Source: Promethearchaeota archaeon
GTDB lineage: Archaea > Asgardarchaeota > Lokiarchaeia > Sigyniarchaeales > SOKP01
Reading direction: 5' to 3'
Assembly (NCBI GenBank): GCA_019057795.1
Contig: JAHLWS010000071.1
Span: 32,001-96,000, forward strand
DNA: 64,000 bases
Position 1 is the first letter of the stretch, and each line of letters starts with the position of its first letter. Below, in pieces: positions 21,114-31,137 of this stretch. A model generated the notes under the pieces. That model had not been told where the DNA came from and searched no databases. It saw nothing but the letters and a program-made list of their open reading frames with translations. Both the position numbers and the translations under genes were made by a program.

Positions 21114-21380
21114 TTATGAGCTGATCAATTGAAAGAGAATGTTTGCATGTGGTATATAGAATTGGTCTTTCGCTTTTATAACCACCGTATGAAAGTATTC
21201 AGCCAAACCTAAGAATCCACGAATTACAGATTCGTCCTCCTCAAATTTAAACACAATTTTCGCTATGGCGGCACCACTACTAAAAGTTACTTTATCGTAA
21301 ACCCGCTCATCGATCAATGGAATTTTTAACTCATTTACAATCTCGTAGACCCTTTTTATAAAAAGCTCACGTTTTGCCAA
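21114..21380 (-). CDS. Small hypothetical protein
   Basis: 88 aa ORF, TTG start preceded by AGGTG SD, globular composition. Confidence 0.65.
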   Translation of the reverse strand: MAKRELFIKRVYEIVNELKIPLIDERVYDKVTFSSGAAIAKIVFKFEEDESVIRGFLGLAEYFHTVVIKAKDQFYIPHANILFQLISS

Positions 21381-21672
21381 TTATTGACACCTATTAATAT
21401 TGAAAAATAATTATTAAATTTTCAAATGAAATATGATATATAATATATACTTTTTACACTTTTAATTGTTTTTTTTTTATAGAGTTCAAGAAAAAGCGAA
21501 TAAATAAAACTAACAAAATAAAGTTCAATCAGTTATATTTTTTCCATATACCTATATTCAAGTATTATAAAAAATTAAAAATAAAAATATAAATTAATAT
21601 ATTACAATTATTACTATAATAATAAATTATTCTACTTACTAACAGAAAAAAATTAGAGGAATTGATTGAATA

Positions 21673-22401
21673 TTGGTTTCTAAGGAATACAAAAAGATAG
21701 AACGCGTTGTTAACTTTATGAAAAAAGGTCTACAATCATTAAGTGACGATCTAGAAGACACAGTTGGGGGCATAAACGATTTTATAAAGTCTCTAAATAA
21801 AGCCTTAAAGGATTTGAAAGAAGTATCATTAAAACCAGAGCTTAAAACTGTTAGTAGTTCCTCTAAAAAAATTGTTGCTCAAGCAAGTGGAACGGCAAAA
21901 ACTGCTGCTGCGAGCACATTATTTAGTTTATTGAGCGGTAGTGCTGGACCTGGACAACAAGCACCCGCTGCTACTGCAGCGAGCGTAGCCCCAGTTGCTG
22001 GCGGCCCCCCAAAAGCTCCAGTTGCTGGCGGTCCTCCAAAGAAACCCGCTACAAGTGGTCCTCCAAGGGCTCCAGTTGCTGGCGGTCCTCCAAAGAAACC
22101 CGCTACAAGTGGTCCTCCAAAGGCTCCTACGGCTGGTGGTCCGCCTAAGCGTGCTAATCTACCACCCGCTCCAAAGTTACCTCCAGCATCTGGTGGACCT
22201 CCACAAGCGCCTGGTGCGGGAGTTGTTCAAGCGCCATCATTTGCTAAAAGGCCAGCGCCTCCTGGTGCGCCCGTAGCAGGTGACCCTCCCCGACCTGCAG
22301 ATCCAGCAACAGCAGCTACTGCGGGAGGCGGATTAAGTTCTTTACGCGATGAAATGTTAGAAGAGTTAAATCGCCTCAAGAAAATCATGAGAGGAGAATA
22401 A
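21673..22401 (+). CDS. Proline-rich protein: N-terminal coiled coil, GGPP repeats, C-terminal WH2-like helix
   Basis: 242 aa ORF; six 9-aa repeats (e.g. PVAGGPPKA); ends GGGLSSLRDEMLEELNRLKKIMRGE. Confidence 0.8.
   Translation: MVSKEYKKIERVVNFMKKGLQSLSDDLEDTVGGINDFIKSLNKALKDLKEVSLKPELKTVSSSSKKIVAQASGTAKTAAASTLFSLLSGSAGPGQQAPAATAASVAPVAGGPPKAPVAGGPPKKPATSGPPRAPVAGGPPKKPATSGPPKAPTAGGPPKRANLPPAPKLPPASGGPPQAPGAGVVQAPSFAKRPAPPGAPVAGDPPRPADPATAATAGGGLSSLRDEMLEELNRLKKIMRGE
21991..22152 (+). repeat. Coding tandem repeat, 6 x 27 bp, with a 54-bp higher-order duplication
   Basis: Units such as ccagttgctggcggtcctccaaagaaa and cccgctacaagtggtcctccaagggct; 22018-22071 and 22072-22125 are nearly identical. 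Confidence 0.92.
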
Positions 22402-22472
22402 AAGTATATTTTTTTTATTTTAACTGTATTAATTCGCAAAATTATTAATCCTAAAACAAGAGGACATTACTT

Positions 22473-23219
22473 GTGGAAAGAAAAGATTTTCTTATAGCTG
22501 AAAAAAAGATTCCTATTGTTGTTCCTAAACGTTTAATGGTGTTTGCGGGTCACCCAGACGACGAAATTGTTTCATGTGGTGGAACGATTCTTAAATATCA
22601 AGCATTAGGTTCTGAGATTTTTGTAGTAGTAGCTACAAGTGGATTGGGTGGATACGCTAAAACGGCCCAGAAGGAAGATATCTTAGAACATCGAAAGCAA
22701 GAACTCGATTTAGTTCGAACAGCTTTGAAATGTAGAGTAATCGAATTAGGTCATTCTGATTTGGAGGTGAATAGAGAAATTATCTCTGAAGTGACGAACC
22801 TTATTAGAGACATCCGCCCTCAAGTGATTCTATTACCCCACTTTTCAGATTTTCATAGAGTTCATAGAAATTTGTCTTTAATTACAAGAGAAGCTATTTA
22901 TCATTGTTCAACGGGAAAAGCTTATGGTGGTCACGAGAGAAACTGGACTCCGTTAGGAGTGTATTATTACGAATCGCCTTCTTGTAAATTTCAATATATA
23001 GAAGGTTCTGTCTTTATAATAGTTAATATTGAAAAATATTGGGTAGAAAAGAAAGAAATTTTTAATCGGGTTTATAAATCTCAGAAAGAAGTGCTAGAGC
23101 GAGTTTTGGATTGGGCTGAAGATACTTCAATTTTACGAGGAAACGAAATTAACTCAAAGTATGGAGAAGCTTATATTCCTATGACAGAATACACTCCTTT
23201 GAAGATTTTATTAATTTAA
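22473..23219 (+). CDS. PIG-L/LmbE-family deacetylase
   Basis: HPDDE motif, GGTI, DFHRVH. Confidence 0.88.
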   Translation: MERKDFLIAEKKIPIVVPKRLMVFAGHPDDEIVSCGGTILKYQALGSEIFVVVATSGLGGYAKTAQKEDILEHRKQELDLVRTALKCRVIELGHSDLEVNREIISEVTNLIRDIRPQVILLPHFSDFHRVHRNLSLITREAIYHCSTGKAYGGHERNWTPLGVYYYESPSCKFQYIEGSVFIIVNIEKYWVEKKEIFNRVYKSQKEVLERVLDWAEDTSILRGNEINSKYGEAYIPMTEYTPLKILLI

Positions 23220-23329
23220 AAATAAATAGGTTAATTGGAGAATTCAAATAAAGTTATATTAATTAAATATAATAGATTTTTATGAGAAAGATAAAGTATT
23301 AATAGATAATCTGTTTGGGAATAACAATT

Positions 23330-24445
23330 ATGGGAAATCTCACAGTCGTTTTGGATATTGGGCAGTTCTCGACAAAAGCCGGGTATGCTGGGGAAGATAT
23401 GCCAACTCAAATCTTTTTTACTATAGTAGGTAAACCTAAGTATAGACAGATCGATTACGAATACGCGGGTACTAAACAAGATGAATATTATGTAGGGGAT
23501 GAAATCCAATCAATAGGACTGTATAAAATTTTTTACCCAATAAAGAAAGGAATAATTCAGGATTGGTTATCGTTCGAAAAAATTATTGATTATATTTTTT
23601 ACAATTTGAGAGTAGATCCAAGTTTAGTCAATGTTTTATTCGCCGTACACCCATTGTTTCCATACGGGGATATAAAACGGCTATTTGAATTGTTTTTAGA
23701 AAACTACCAGTGCAACGCGTTTTATCCCGTTTTAGACTCTATGCTTACTTTATATGCGGGAGGATTTCAAACAGGGTTAGTGGTTGAGATTGGGGATAGT
23801 ATCACGAGAATCGTGCCAATTTACGAGGGATACAAGATAGATCATGCAGTAAGAATACTTGAGATTGGTGGAAGAACTTTAACCAAGTACATGGAAAAAA
23901 TATTAGGAGAAAGGGGATTTTCAGCTGACTCTTCAATTAGAAAGGAACTGGTAAGGGCTCTCAAAGAAAAAGCGTGTTTCGTCTCGCTCGATTATAAAGA
24001 AGATTTAAAAAGAGTTGAACAGTATGAAAAAGAGTATTCTTTACCGGATGGTTCTACTATTTCTTTGAGTAAAGAAAGATTTGCAGTACCTGAGCTTTTT
24101 TTTAATCCAACATTAGAATTGGAAGAAGATTCTTTAACAGAGGCTATTATGGATGTAATCGAAATGTGTGACGTCGATATTCGACCAGACTTATTGAACA
24201 ATATTTTTTTATCGGGAGGTTCTTCTATGTTTCCAAATTTTAAATCTAGAATGTATCAAGAATTAGAATTTGAATTAGCACGGAGGAAGAGGAAGAACCA
24301 AATTATCAAAATTATAGCACCTAGGGAACGAGTTTTCTCTGTTTGGGTTGGTGGCTCAATAGTAGCTAGCATACCTGAATTTCAAAGCAATTGGATAACA
24401 CGTGCCAAATATTTTAAAGATGGCATCCCAGAGAATCTTTTATAG
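23330..24445 (+). CDS. Actin-family (actin-related) protein
   Basis: LDIG..TKAGYAGED.P, YVGDE, YPI..GII.DW, TGLVVEIGD, VPIYEGY, LPDG, LSGGSSMFP, SVWVGGSI; likely start is the ATG at 23330. Confidence 0.95.
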   Translation: MGNLTVVLDIGQFSTKAGYAGEDMPTQIFFTIVGKPKYRQIDYEYAGTKQDEYYVGDEIQSIGLYKIFYPIKKGIIQDWLSFEKIIDYIFYNLRVDPSLVNVLFAVHPLFPYGDIKRLFELFLENYQCNAFYPVLDSMLTLYAGGFQTGLVVEIGDSITRIVPIYEGYKIDHAVRILEIGGRTLTKYMEKILGERGFSADSSIRKELVRALKEKACFVSLDYKEDLKRVEQYEKEYSLPDGSTISLSKERFAVPELFFNPTLELEEDSLTEAIMDVIEMCDVDIRPDLLNNIFLSGGSSMFPNFKSRMYQELEFELARRKRKNQIIKIIAPRERVFSVWVGGSIVASIPEFQSNWITRAKYFKDGIPENLL

Positions 24446-24494
24446 TCGATAATTCAAGAGTGATTTTACTCGTTTTTATTTATATTTTTATGAT

Positions 24495-24518
24495 AAGCGT
24501 ATTACAAGCGTATTACAA
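24495..24518 (+). repeat. 11-bp direct repeat aagcgtattac x2, possible operator
   Basis: aagcgtattacaagcgtattacaa lies in the intergenic region upstream of the ORF at 24570. Confidence 0.6.
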
Positions 24519-24569
24519 TTTATTAAAACTATTACTTGGGTATTATATCTTAGAATAATATCATCTTAA

Positions 24570-24962
24570 GTGATGTTTTTAAATATGGCTAATATGGAAT
24601 TAGATCCTTCAAATAATAGCTTTGAACAAGCAAAAATCCTGAAAAAATATTACAAACCAGATTACTCTCAATTGTTTAACAAAATTAGAGACATTAAAGC
24701 CCCTATTAAAAAGGAAATATTAATCGGGTTAATTGATGGCGTTTGGCATTCAGAATTAGATTTAATAAGGGTAGCTAAGCAAAAATGGAAGTATATGGGT
24801 GCAGTCACATTGGCAACTATGATACATTCTTTAAATCACAGTTTAAAAAGCGACTATTTTCAAAAGAAAGTTGTTAACGGGAAATTATTTTACAAAATTT
24901 CCGACAATTACGTAGGTCTTACTCGAGCTGCTTATAACAAATATACCGCCATCAAGTTGTAA
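24570..24962 (+). CDS. Hypothetical protein, possible winged-helix
   Basis: Helix-helix-helix followed by KKVVNGKLFYKIS wing-like hairpin. Confidence 0.6.
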   Translation: MMFLNMANMELDPSNNSFEQAKILKKYYKPDYSQLFNKIRDIKAPIKKEILIGLIDGVWHSELDLIRVAKQKWKYMGAVTLATMIHSLNHSLKSDYFQKKVVNGKLFYKISDNYVGLTRAAYNKYTAIKL

Positions 24963-24998
24963 AGTCTTTTTATTATTTATTCTTTTTTTTGATTATGC

Positions 24999-27185
24999 TT
25001 ATCTTTTCACGCACTGTTCATTTAAAATTTTATGAGTTTCGCAATTAGAGCAAAATCCATTAACAGAATCGTCCTTAAAGCTATCGCTCCAACATTTTGG
25101 ACAAATATAATAAGGTAAAGGTTTACCATTCTTTCTTTTCACGATTTTAAAGGTATTAAAGCCACATATTGAGCAGAAGGAAGTTTTTAATATAGTAATT
25201 CTACCAGTTTTGGGAACGGAGAGGTAAGTTTTGCAATCTATATTTGAACACGCGAGAAATCTTTTCTTTTGTGAGGTCGTAACTAGCTTCATTGGAAATT
25301 TTTTGCAGGTTGGGCAATTAGCAGTAGTTATTGGATATCTTTTTTGTTTAAAGTCATGTTGCATTGCTGTTTTTAAATTTTTTTTAACGCTATCAAATCT
25401 TAAAGTAATTGCATTTCTGTTGTTAAGAAACTTATCAAACAATTCAAGGAAAATTTTTTTTACAATTTTTATCACGTCTTCTTTAGTCTTCCTATTTTCC
25501 TTTATGTCTTCGAGTAATTTTTCCACAAATCGCGTAAATTCAGGTTTTAAGAACGGTAACCATACTTTTATTAATTCTCGTATTATAAATTTGCCCCACT
25601 CCGTTATTTTGAAATGATTTTTGTCAATTCGCAAGATTAATTTACGATCGATAAGAATTTTAATTATAGTAGGACGAGTCGATTTAGTTCCTAGGTGTTC
25701 TCTCTCCATTAATTTCAAAAGAGTAGTATCAGTATATTTTGGTGGAGGCTGAGTTTCCTTTGCGTTTAATTGAATATTTTTAATTGGAAGTTGTTTTGCT
25801 TCGATTTCTATCGTTGGTTGATAGCTTTTCTTTAAAAAAGGCGCAATTTCATAAAAACCACTTGAGACTAACGAAACCAATCGCGAAGTAAATGGTTCTT
25901 CTTTTATAGATATTTTTAAAATTGTCCTCGATTCTTTTGCTTGTTCTCCGAAAAGAGCTAAATAATGTCGAGCTAATAAATCGTAAACTCTTCTTTGAAT
26001 ATTTTGTTCAAATTTAGAACTATTTTGTTCCAAGCTCTCTAAAGGAGTAATGGGAGGGTGATCTCCGGCGTCAAATTTCCCAATTGTAGGCATTACGCGT
26101 TTTTTAGTTAGTAATTTTAAAGTGTAAGATCCATAGTTAGTGTGAAGTTTGAACTTATCCAAATACTGAATATGGTTAAAAATTGATTGGTATTTATCGC
26201 TATCAGTCCTAGGATAAGAAATTATCTTATTTAAGTAGAGCGCGTTCATGGCGTTCATGGCAGCATTTGCGCTAATCTTTAACCTCCTAGTTAATAAAAC
26301 GAGCGCTTTCGAAGTATTCAAAGGCGTCGGAGGGTTTATAACATTTGTATTTTTACTATTGCTCAAAATTACAGCAATTTTTTCATTTTTTATTTTTTGA
26401 TGGATATTTTTTGCCTCCAGTTCCTCCTCTTTAATAAAAGGGTTCTTATCGTGGAAGGCTTTTATTATATGGGTTTTATAGCTTAAATTCGCTTCTATTG
26501 TCCAATATGGTACAGGTACAAATCGCTCTATTTCTTGATCCCTTAAGAATATTAAATAGAGCAAAGACGTCTGTACCCTCCCTATCGACACAAATTTAGC
26601 ATTAATCTCGTTTAGTAAAGGCTTAAACGTATTTGTAACCTCTCTCGTGCTTGAGAACCCAATTATCGCGTCAATTATGGCTCTAGCCTCGCCTGTCTCA
26701 CCCCAACTCCACTTTGGATTTATCAAATTGGAATATTTAGAAATAATCTCTTTTTTTTGTAATGAACTTAACCACAACTGACGCACTTTAATAGTTTTAT
26801 TAGCTTTAATAACAAACGGTAAGGCGTCAAAAAGCCCAATGTTGCATCCTTCAATATCTGCATCGGTACCGATTACGCATTCATCGCATAATTTAGCGTA
26901 CTCTTTTAACGCGCTAATATATGGCCTAGAATAACTCTTGGAGGCTTTTTCTATTGAATTTGGATTAGTAATTATTTCCCTAGGATTAGATTTCGTCCAA
27001 CTTTTAAATAGATCGGTGTTTTTATACTCTAAAATATGTCCTCGAAGAGGAACAACGTAAATATCTTTAGAATTTACCCGATATACTTTTAAGAATTTTG
27101 TTTTGTTTATAGTCGTAACAGGACCTAATGCTTCGGCTATTGCCTTTGCTGCTTTATTTTTTTCCGATATTATTAAAATCGTCAT
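24999..27185 (-). CDS. topA: Type IA DNA topoisomerase (Topo I/III) with C-terminal zinc ribbons
   Basis: TOPRIM SEK, TDADIEG, SIGRVQT, catalytic ISYPRTD, HPPITP, LGTKSTR. Confidence 0.93.
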   Translation of the reverse strand: MTILIISEKNKAAKAIAEALGPVTTINKTKFLKVYRVNSKDIYVVPLRGHILEYKNTDLFKSWTKSNPREIITNPNSIEKASKSYSRPYISALKEYAKLCDECVIGTDADIEGCNIGLFDALPFVIKANKTIKVRQLWLSSLQKKEIISKYSNLINPKWSWGETGEARAIIDAIIGFSSTREVTNTFKPLLNEINAKFVSIGRVQTSLLYLIFLRDQEIERFVPVPYWTIEANLSYKTHIIKAFHDKNPFIKEEELEAKNIHQKIKNEKIAVILSNSKNTNVINPPTPLNTSKALVLLTRRLKISANAAMNAMNALYLNKIISYPRTDSDKYQSIFNHIQYLDKFKLHTNYGSYTLKLLTKKRVMPTIGKFDAGDHPPITPLESLEQNSSKFEQNIQRRVYDLLARHYLALFGEQAKESRTILKISIKEEPFTSRLVSLVSSGFYEIAPFLKKSYQPTIEIEAKQLPIKNIQLNAKETQPPPKYTDTTLLKLMEREHLGTKSTRPTIIKILIDRKLILRIDKNHFKITEWGKFIIRELIKVWLPFLKPEFTRFVEKLLEDIKENRKTKEDVIKIVKKIFLELFDKFLNNRNAITLRFDSVKKNLKTAMQHDFKQKRYPITTANCPTCKKFPMKLVTTSQKKRFLACSNIDCKTYLSVPKTGRITILKTSFCSICGFNTFKIVKRKNGKPLPYYICPKCWSDSFKDDSVNGFCSNCETHKILNEQCVKR

Positions 27186-27398
27186 TAAATTGTTTTTCTT
27201 TTGCTAAATTCACTTTTATATTAATGTGATTTAAATTTATTATAAAAGTTAACAGAAACTTAAATTACTAATTGCTTGCTTGCTTATAAATGAAAAATCT
27301 CAAGAGAAATAAGATAATTTCCCTTATTATAATTTTTTATTATGTATTTATTATTTTCACTACTTAGCTATCAATAACCGGAATAGGGTTCAAATTTA

Positions 27399-30300
27399 TT
27401 ACTTTGGTAGAGTAAAACTAATCTCGGCTCCCTTATCCCTTCCTTCAGATTCCACCCAGATTTTACCACCATGCACTTCAATCATCCCTTTACTAATAAA
27501 TAGTCCTAATCCACTTCCTTTTTCAAAAGCAGAATAGCTTTCAGTGGCTTGCCCAATTGTAACAAATTTACCAAACAATTTCTCAATTTCTTTTAAAGTT
27601 AACCCCTTTCCGTGATCCTTTATTTTAAAAAGAAAATTTTGATTTTCTTCTAAAACATTAACATTAATTGTACGATCGTTAGTAGAAAATTTCACTGCAT
27701 TTGATAAAATATTCGAGAAAACTTGCGTGATTCTAAATCGATCTACTTTTAGTTCAAGATCCTCGGGGATATTTAAGTTTATAGCTAATTTTTTTTGAAT
27801 AATTTGATATTCTAATTCAGAAAGGCAATCTGTTATTATATCGTAAATATTTTCGACTTTCTTAACTATTTCGATTTTGCCCGCATCGATTTTCATCACA
27901 TCCAATAACCGATTTATGTAACTTTCCAAACGGGCTACATTGCTTAGTACTCGATTTAAATCTTCTTTAATATCATCTTTTAAATCTTTCTCTCTTAATA
28001 AAATTAAATCGATATAGCCCCCCACAGAAATTAAGGGTGTTTTTAAGTCGTGAGCGGCAATGCTAATAAAATCGGTTTTTAATCTATCTAATTCTTTTAG
28101 CTCTATATTTTGCTGCCTTAAGATTCGCTCGGATTCTTTCAATTTCTCCTCTGCGATTTTTTTTTCAGTTATATCTTGAATTATAGCTTGAATTATTGTT
28201 TCACCAGCTATTTTAATAGTGGATATTTCAGATTCGACCCACAACATTTTGTTATCTTTGTTAAATATTCGTACAGTTTGGGGTTTCATTACGATACTCA
28301 TTGGGTCCCTTTTACGCTCCAGCTCTTGAAGCGTTCTCAATCCTGGTTTTGTTTCTGAAGGAAAAAGGTTTGAAAGTTTTAAATAATTCTTACCAATAAG
28401 GTCCTCTTTTTTATAACCAAACAATTCAGACGTTTTAGAATTAATGTCAATAATTTCACCTTTATTGTTTAAGAGCGCAATACTGAATGGAGAGTTTTCG
28501 TATAAATGGCGATATTTACGTTCAGATTCTCTTAATTCCTTCGTTCTTTCAAAAATTATTTTCTCAAGTTCTCTATTCAATATTTTTAATTCTTCTTCAG
28601 ATTTCTGTAATTTTAAGGCAGCTTCTTTTTTTCCCGTGACATCCTGAATTAAGACTTGTATAAAAGTTTCATCTCCTAATTTAATCGTAGATGCGCGAAT
28701 ATTAATCCATTTTTCTACTTTATCTGCGCGAGTAATTTTGAATTCTAACGGTTTTACTGGCTCATTATTGATAAAACTTTCAAATCTACTTTTTAAAAGC
28801 GGAATAAAATATTCTGGTCGATCGAATAAAGTTAAAATTTCTATAAAATTCTTTCCAATAAGGTCCTCTCTCTTGTATTTAGATGGTAATATATTCATAG
28901 TCGAATTACAGTCAATTATTTTCCCCTTTAAATCTATAATCCATATGGCAAACGGAGAACTTTCAAATAAGTGTCGATATTTTTTCTCCGACATAATTAG
29001 TTTTTTCTCCGCTTGTTTACGGGCGGTTATAACTCTTGCAAAACTTATGGCTTTAGTAATTTTTCCGTTTTCTTTCAAAGGAACCGCATTTATCTCACAA
29101 TCATAAACTTCACCTAGAGTGTTTTTTGCAGTAATTTCAAGACCTTTAATTACTTTTCCTGCTTTCAATTCATTAATTTGGACTTTTAATTCTTCGAGAT
29201 TTGCTCCTGCAAAAAATTCTAGAATTTTTTTATTTTGCGCTTCTTTTAAACTTATTTTAGTTTTCTCAAGAAAAGCTTGATTGGCATCTAATATATAACC
29301 TTTTAAATCAGTGAGATATACTAAATCAGGGCTGGCATTAAAAATAGTGTGGTATTTTTCTTCTGATTCTTTAATTTTTTTATCGGCTTCTTTGCGTTCT
29401 GTAATATCCCTTCCAATAATTATTCCTTTAATCTTACCTTCTCTATCTTTAAAAGTGTTTCCTTTAACTTCTATCCATATCCAACGATTATTTTTATGTC
29501 TAATTCTTAGCTCTAAAACGCCTTTGCCTGTATCGAGACCTTCAACCATCGTTTTAATAGCAATTTTTTTATCACCAGGATGAATAATTGCTAGAACTGA
29601 TTTTCCAATAATCTCATTGTTGGTATAACCTAAGGTCCTTAACCATGGTTGTTTATTTGCGTATTCAATTTGAAGATTTTGATTTAAAATACTAATCAAA
29701 TCATAAGCATTCTCTGATATCAATTTGTATCTCTCTTCTGAGCGTTTAAGTTTCTCTTTTAGAAGAATTTTCTCGGTAAAGTCTTGTACCATTCCACAAA
29801 AACCAGATTTAGCACCTTTAGCATCGTATTTTAAATATACTGATGAATTTACTACGATTTTTTGTCCATTTTTCTGAAGAAACTCAAACTGGAAATTACG
29901 TTGTACCACCTCTTTTTTATAAACTTGGTTATAGAAGTTGAATACTTTTTTCCTATTGAATTCATCTGTCAAATTTTGATAACTTTTACCAAGTAATTCT
30001 TCTTTTGAATAACCCGTCATTTCGCAAAATGATTCATTTAAAAACATAAAAGTTCCTTTTAAATCAACTTCAAAATACCCTTCTTTAATGTTTTCTAATA
30101 TGCTTCTATATTTATTCTCAGATTCTTTTATCTTTTGCTCAGCGTTCACTCTATTAGTGATATTGTTATAAGTGCATAGAATTCCTACGATATCCCCTTC
30201 AAGATTATGAAGCGGTACTCGATTTATTTCAAACCACGCTTTGCTTCCGTTGTGTAATATCCACGATTCAATCTTTTCTTCACTTTGATTATTATTCATA

Positions 30301-30992
30301 ACCCTTTTTTCATTTTCTTGAATTAATTTTAAGTTAGCTTTAGCCCATGGTAAATTTTCATCAGTTTTTCCGACAATAAAATCTGGATCTTCAACATTAT
30401 TTACGAAAGCATAATTTTGGTTACAACCCAGATAAGTTAAATTTTTATCTTTCCAATAAATTAATTGAGGAATATTATCGATAACAGAGTCCAACATCTC
30501 TCGCGATTTTTGAAACGATGTTTTCTCACCTTTAGTTTGCAATAATTTCCAGAATCGAAGCTCTGGCATGGTTTCTGCCAATCTTCTTAAGTTAAATTCG
30601 CGCTTAAGCCATTCATCTTCTTTTTGCTTAAATTCAGAGATGTCTCGAGAAATTATTAATATTTTAACTTTTTCAGCGTCATTAATAAATCGTTTTCCCT
30701 TTAATTCATAATATCCATATCCTTCTTTTTGACGAATCCTTATCTGCTCGATTGCTTTTCCAGTTTTTAAGATGTTTTGAAGAAAAATCAAACCTCGATT
30801 TAAATCGCTGTAATAAAAGTTATCTAAGATTTTATGAGCTAAACAGGAATAACCTAATTTTTTCAGATGGACTCTTTCATTAATATATTCACATTCAAAG
30901 TTTTCATTTATAATATAAATTAAATCATCAAAATTTTCTTTAAGAATTTCGCCAATATTATATTCTTTTCCAAAATCGGAAACTGATGCCAT
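27399..30992 (-). CDS. Multi-PAS sensor histidine kinase
   Basis: Repeated PAS/PAC units with ESExKYR linkers; H-box AAHDLKTPL; NILSNAVKF, DxGxG, GSGLGL. Confidence 0.93.
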   Translation of the reverse strand: MASVSDFGKEYNIGEILKENFDDLIYIINENFECEYINERVHLKKLGYSCLAHKILDNFYYSDLNRGLIFLQNILKTGKAIEQIRIRQKEGYGYYELKGKRFINDAEKVKILIISRDISEFKQKEDEWLKREFNLRRLAETMPELRFWKLLQTKGEKTSFQKSREMLDSVIDNIPQLIYWKDKNLTYLGCNQNYAFVNNVEDPDFIVGKTDENLPWAKANLKLIQENEKRVMNNNQSEEKIESWILHNGSKAWFEINRVPLHNLEGDIVGILCTYNNITNRVNAEQKIKESENKYRSILENIKEGYFEVDLKGTFMFLNESFCEMTGYSKEELLGKSYQNLTDEFNRKKVFNFYNQVYKKEVVQRNFQFEFLQKNGQKIVVNSSVYLKYDAKGAKSGFCGMVQDFTEKILLKEKLKRSEERYKLISENAYDLISILNQNLQIEYANKQPWLRTLGYTNNEIIGKSVLAIIHPGDKKIAIKTMVEGLDTGKGVLELRIRHKNNRWIWIEVKGNTFKDREGKIKGIIIGRDITERKEADKKIKESEEKYHTIFNASPDLVYLTDLKGYILDANQAFLEKTKISLKEAQNKKILEFFAGANLEELKVQINELKAGKVIKGLEITAKNTLGEVYDCEINAVPLKENGKITKAISFARVITARKQAEKKLIMSEKKYRHLFESSPFAIWIIDLKGKIIDCNSTMNILPSKYKREDLIGKNFIEILTLFDRPEYFIPLLKSRFESFINNEPVKPLEFKITRADKVEKWINIRASTIKLGDETFIQVLIQDVTGKKEAALKLQKSEEELKILNRELEKIIFERTKELRESERKYRHLYENSPFSIALLNNKGEIIDINSKTSELFGYKKEDLIGKNYLKLSNLFPSETKPGLRTLQELERKRDPMSIVMKPQTVRIFNKDNKMLWVESEISTIKIAGETIIQAIIQDITEKKIAEEKLKESERILRQQNIELKELDRLKTDFISIAAHDLKTPLISVGGYIDLILLREKDLKDDIKEDLNRVLSNVARLESYINRLLDVMKIDAGKIEIVKKVENIYDIITDCLSELEYQIIQKKLAINLNIPEDLELKVDRFRITQVFSNILSNAVKFSTNDRTINVNVLEENQNFLFKIKDHGKGLTLKEIEKLFGKFVTIGQATESYSAFEKGSGLGLFISKGMIEVHGGKIWVESEGRDKGAEISFTLPK

Positions 30993-31137
30993 ATATAATA
31001 AAACCTCTTTAAGATATTAGAAACTAAATACTTATGTTATATCTTAGTAAATATTTCTAATAATGTTAACCTTTTAGTAAAAATATAAAAGAGATTTTTC
31101 TAATCTCCAATTATAGAATGGATATAAAAATTACATT

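Noticed and set aside
21991-22152. Possible CRISPR array
   Set aside because: Contiguous in-frame coding repeats without unique spacers, and no cas genes
21995-22439. Alternative-frame ORFs over the proline-rich repeat
   Set aside because: By-product of a GC-rich, stop-poor tandem repeat
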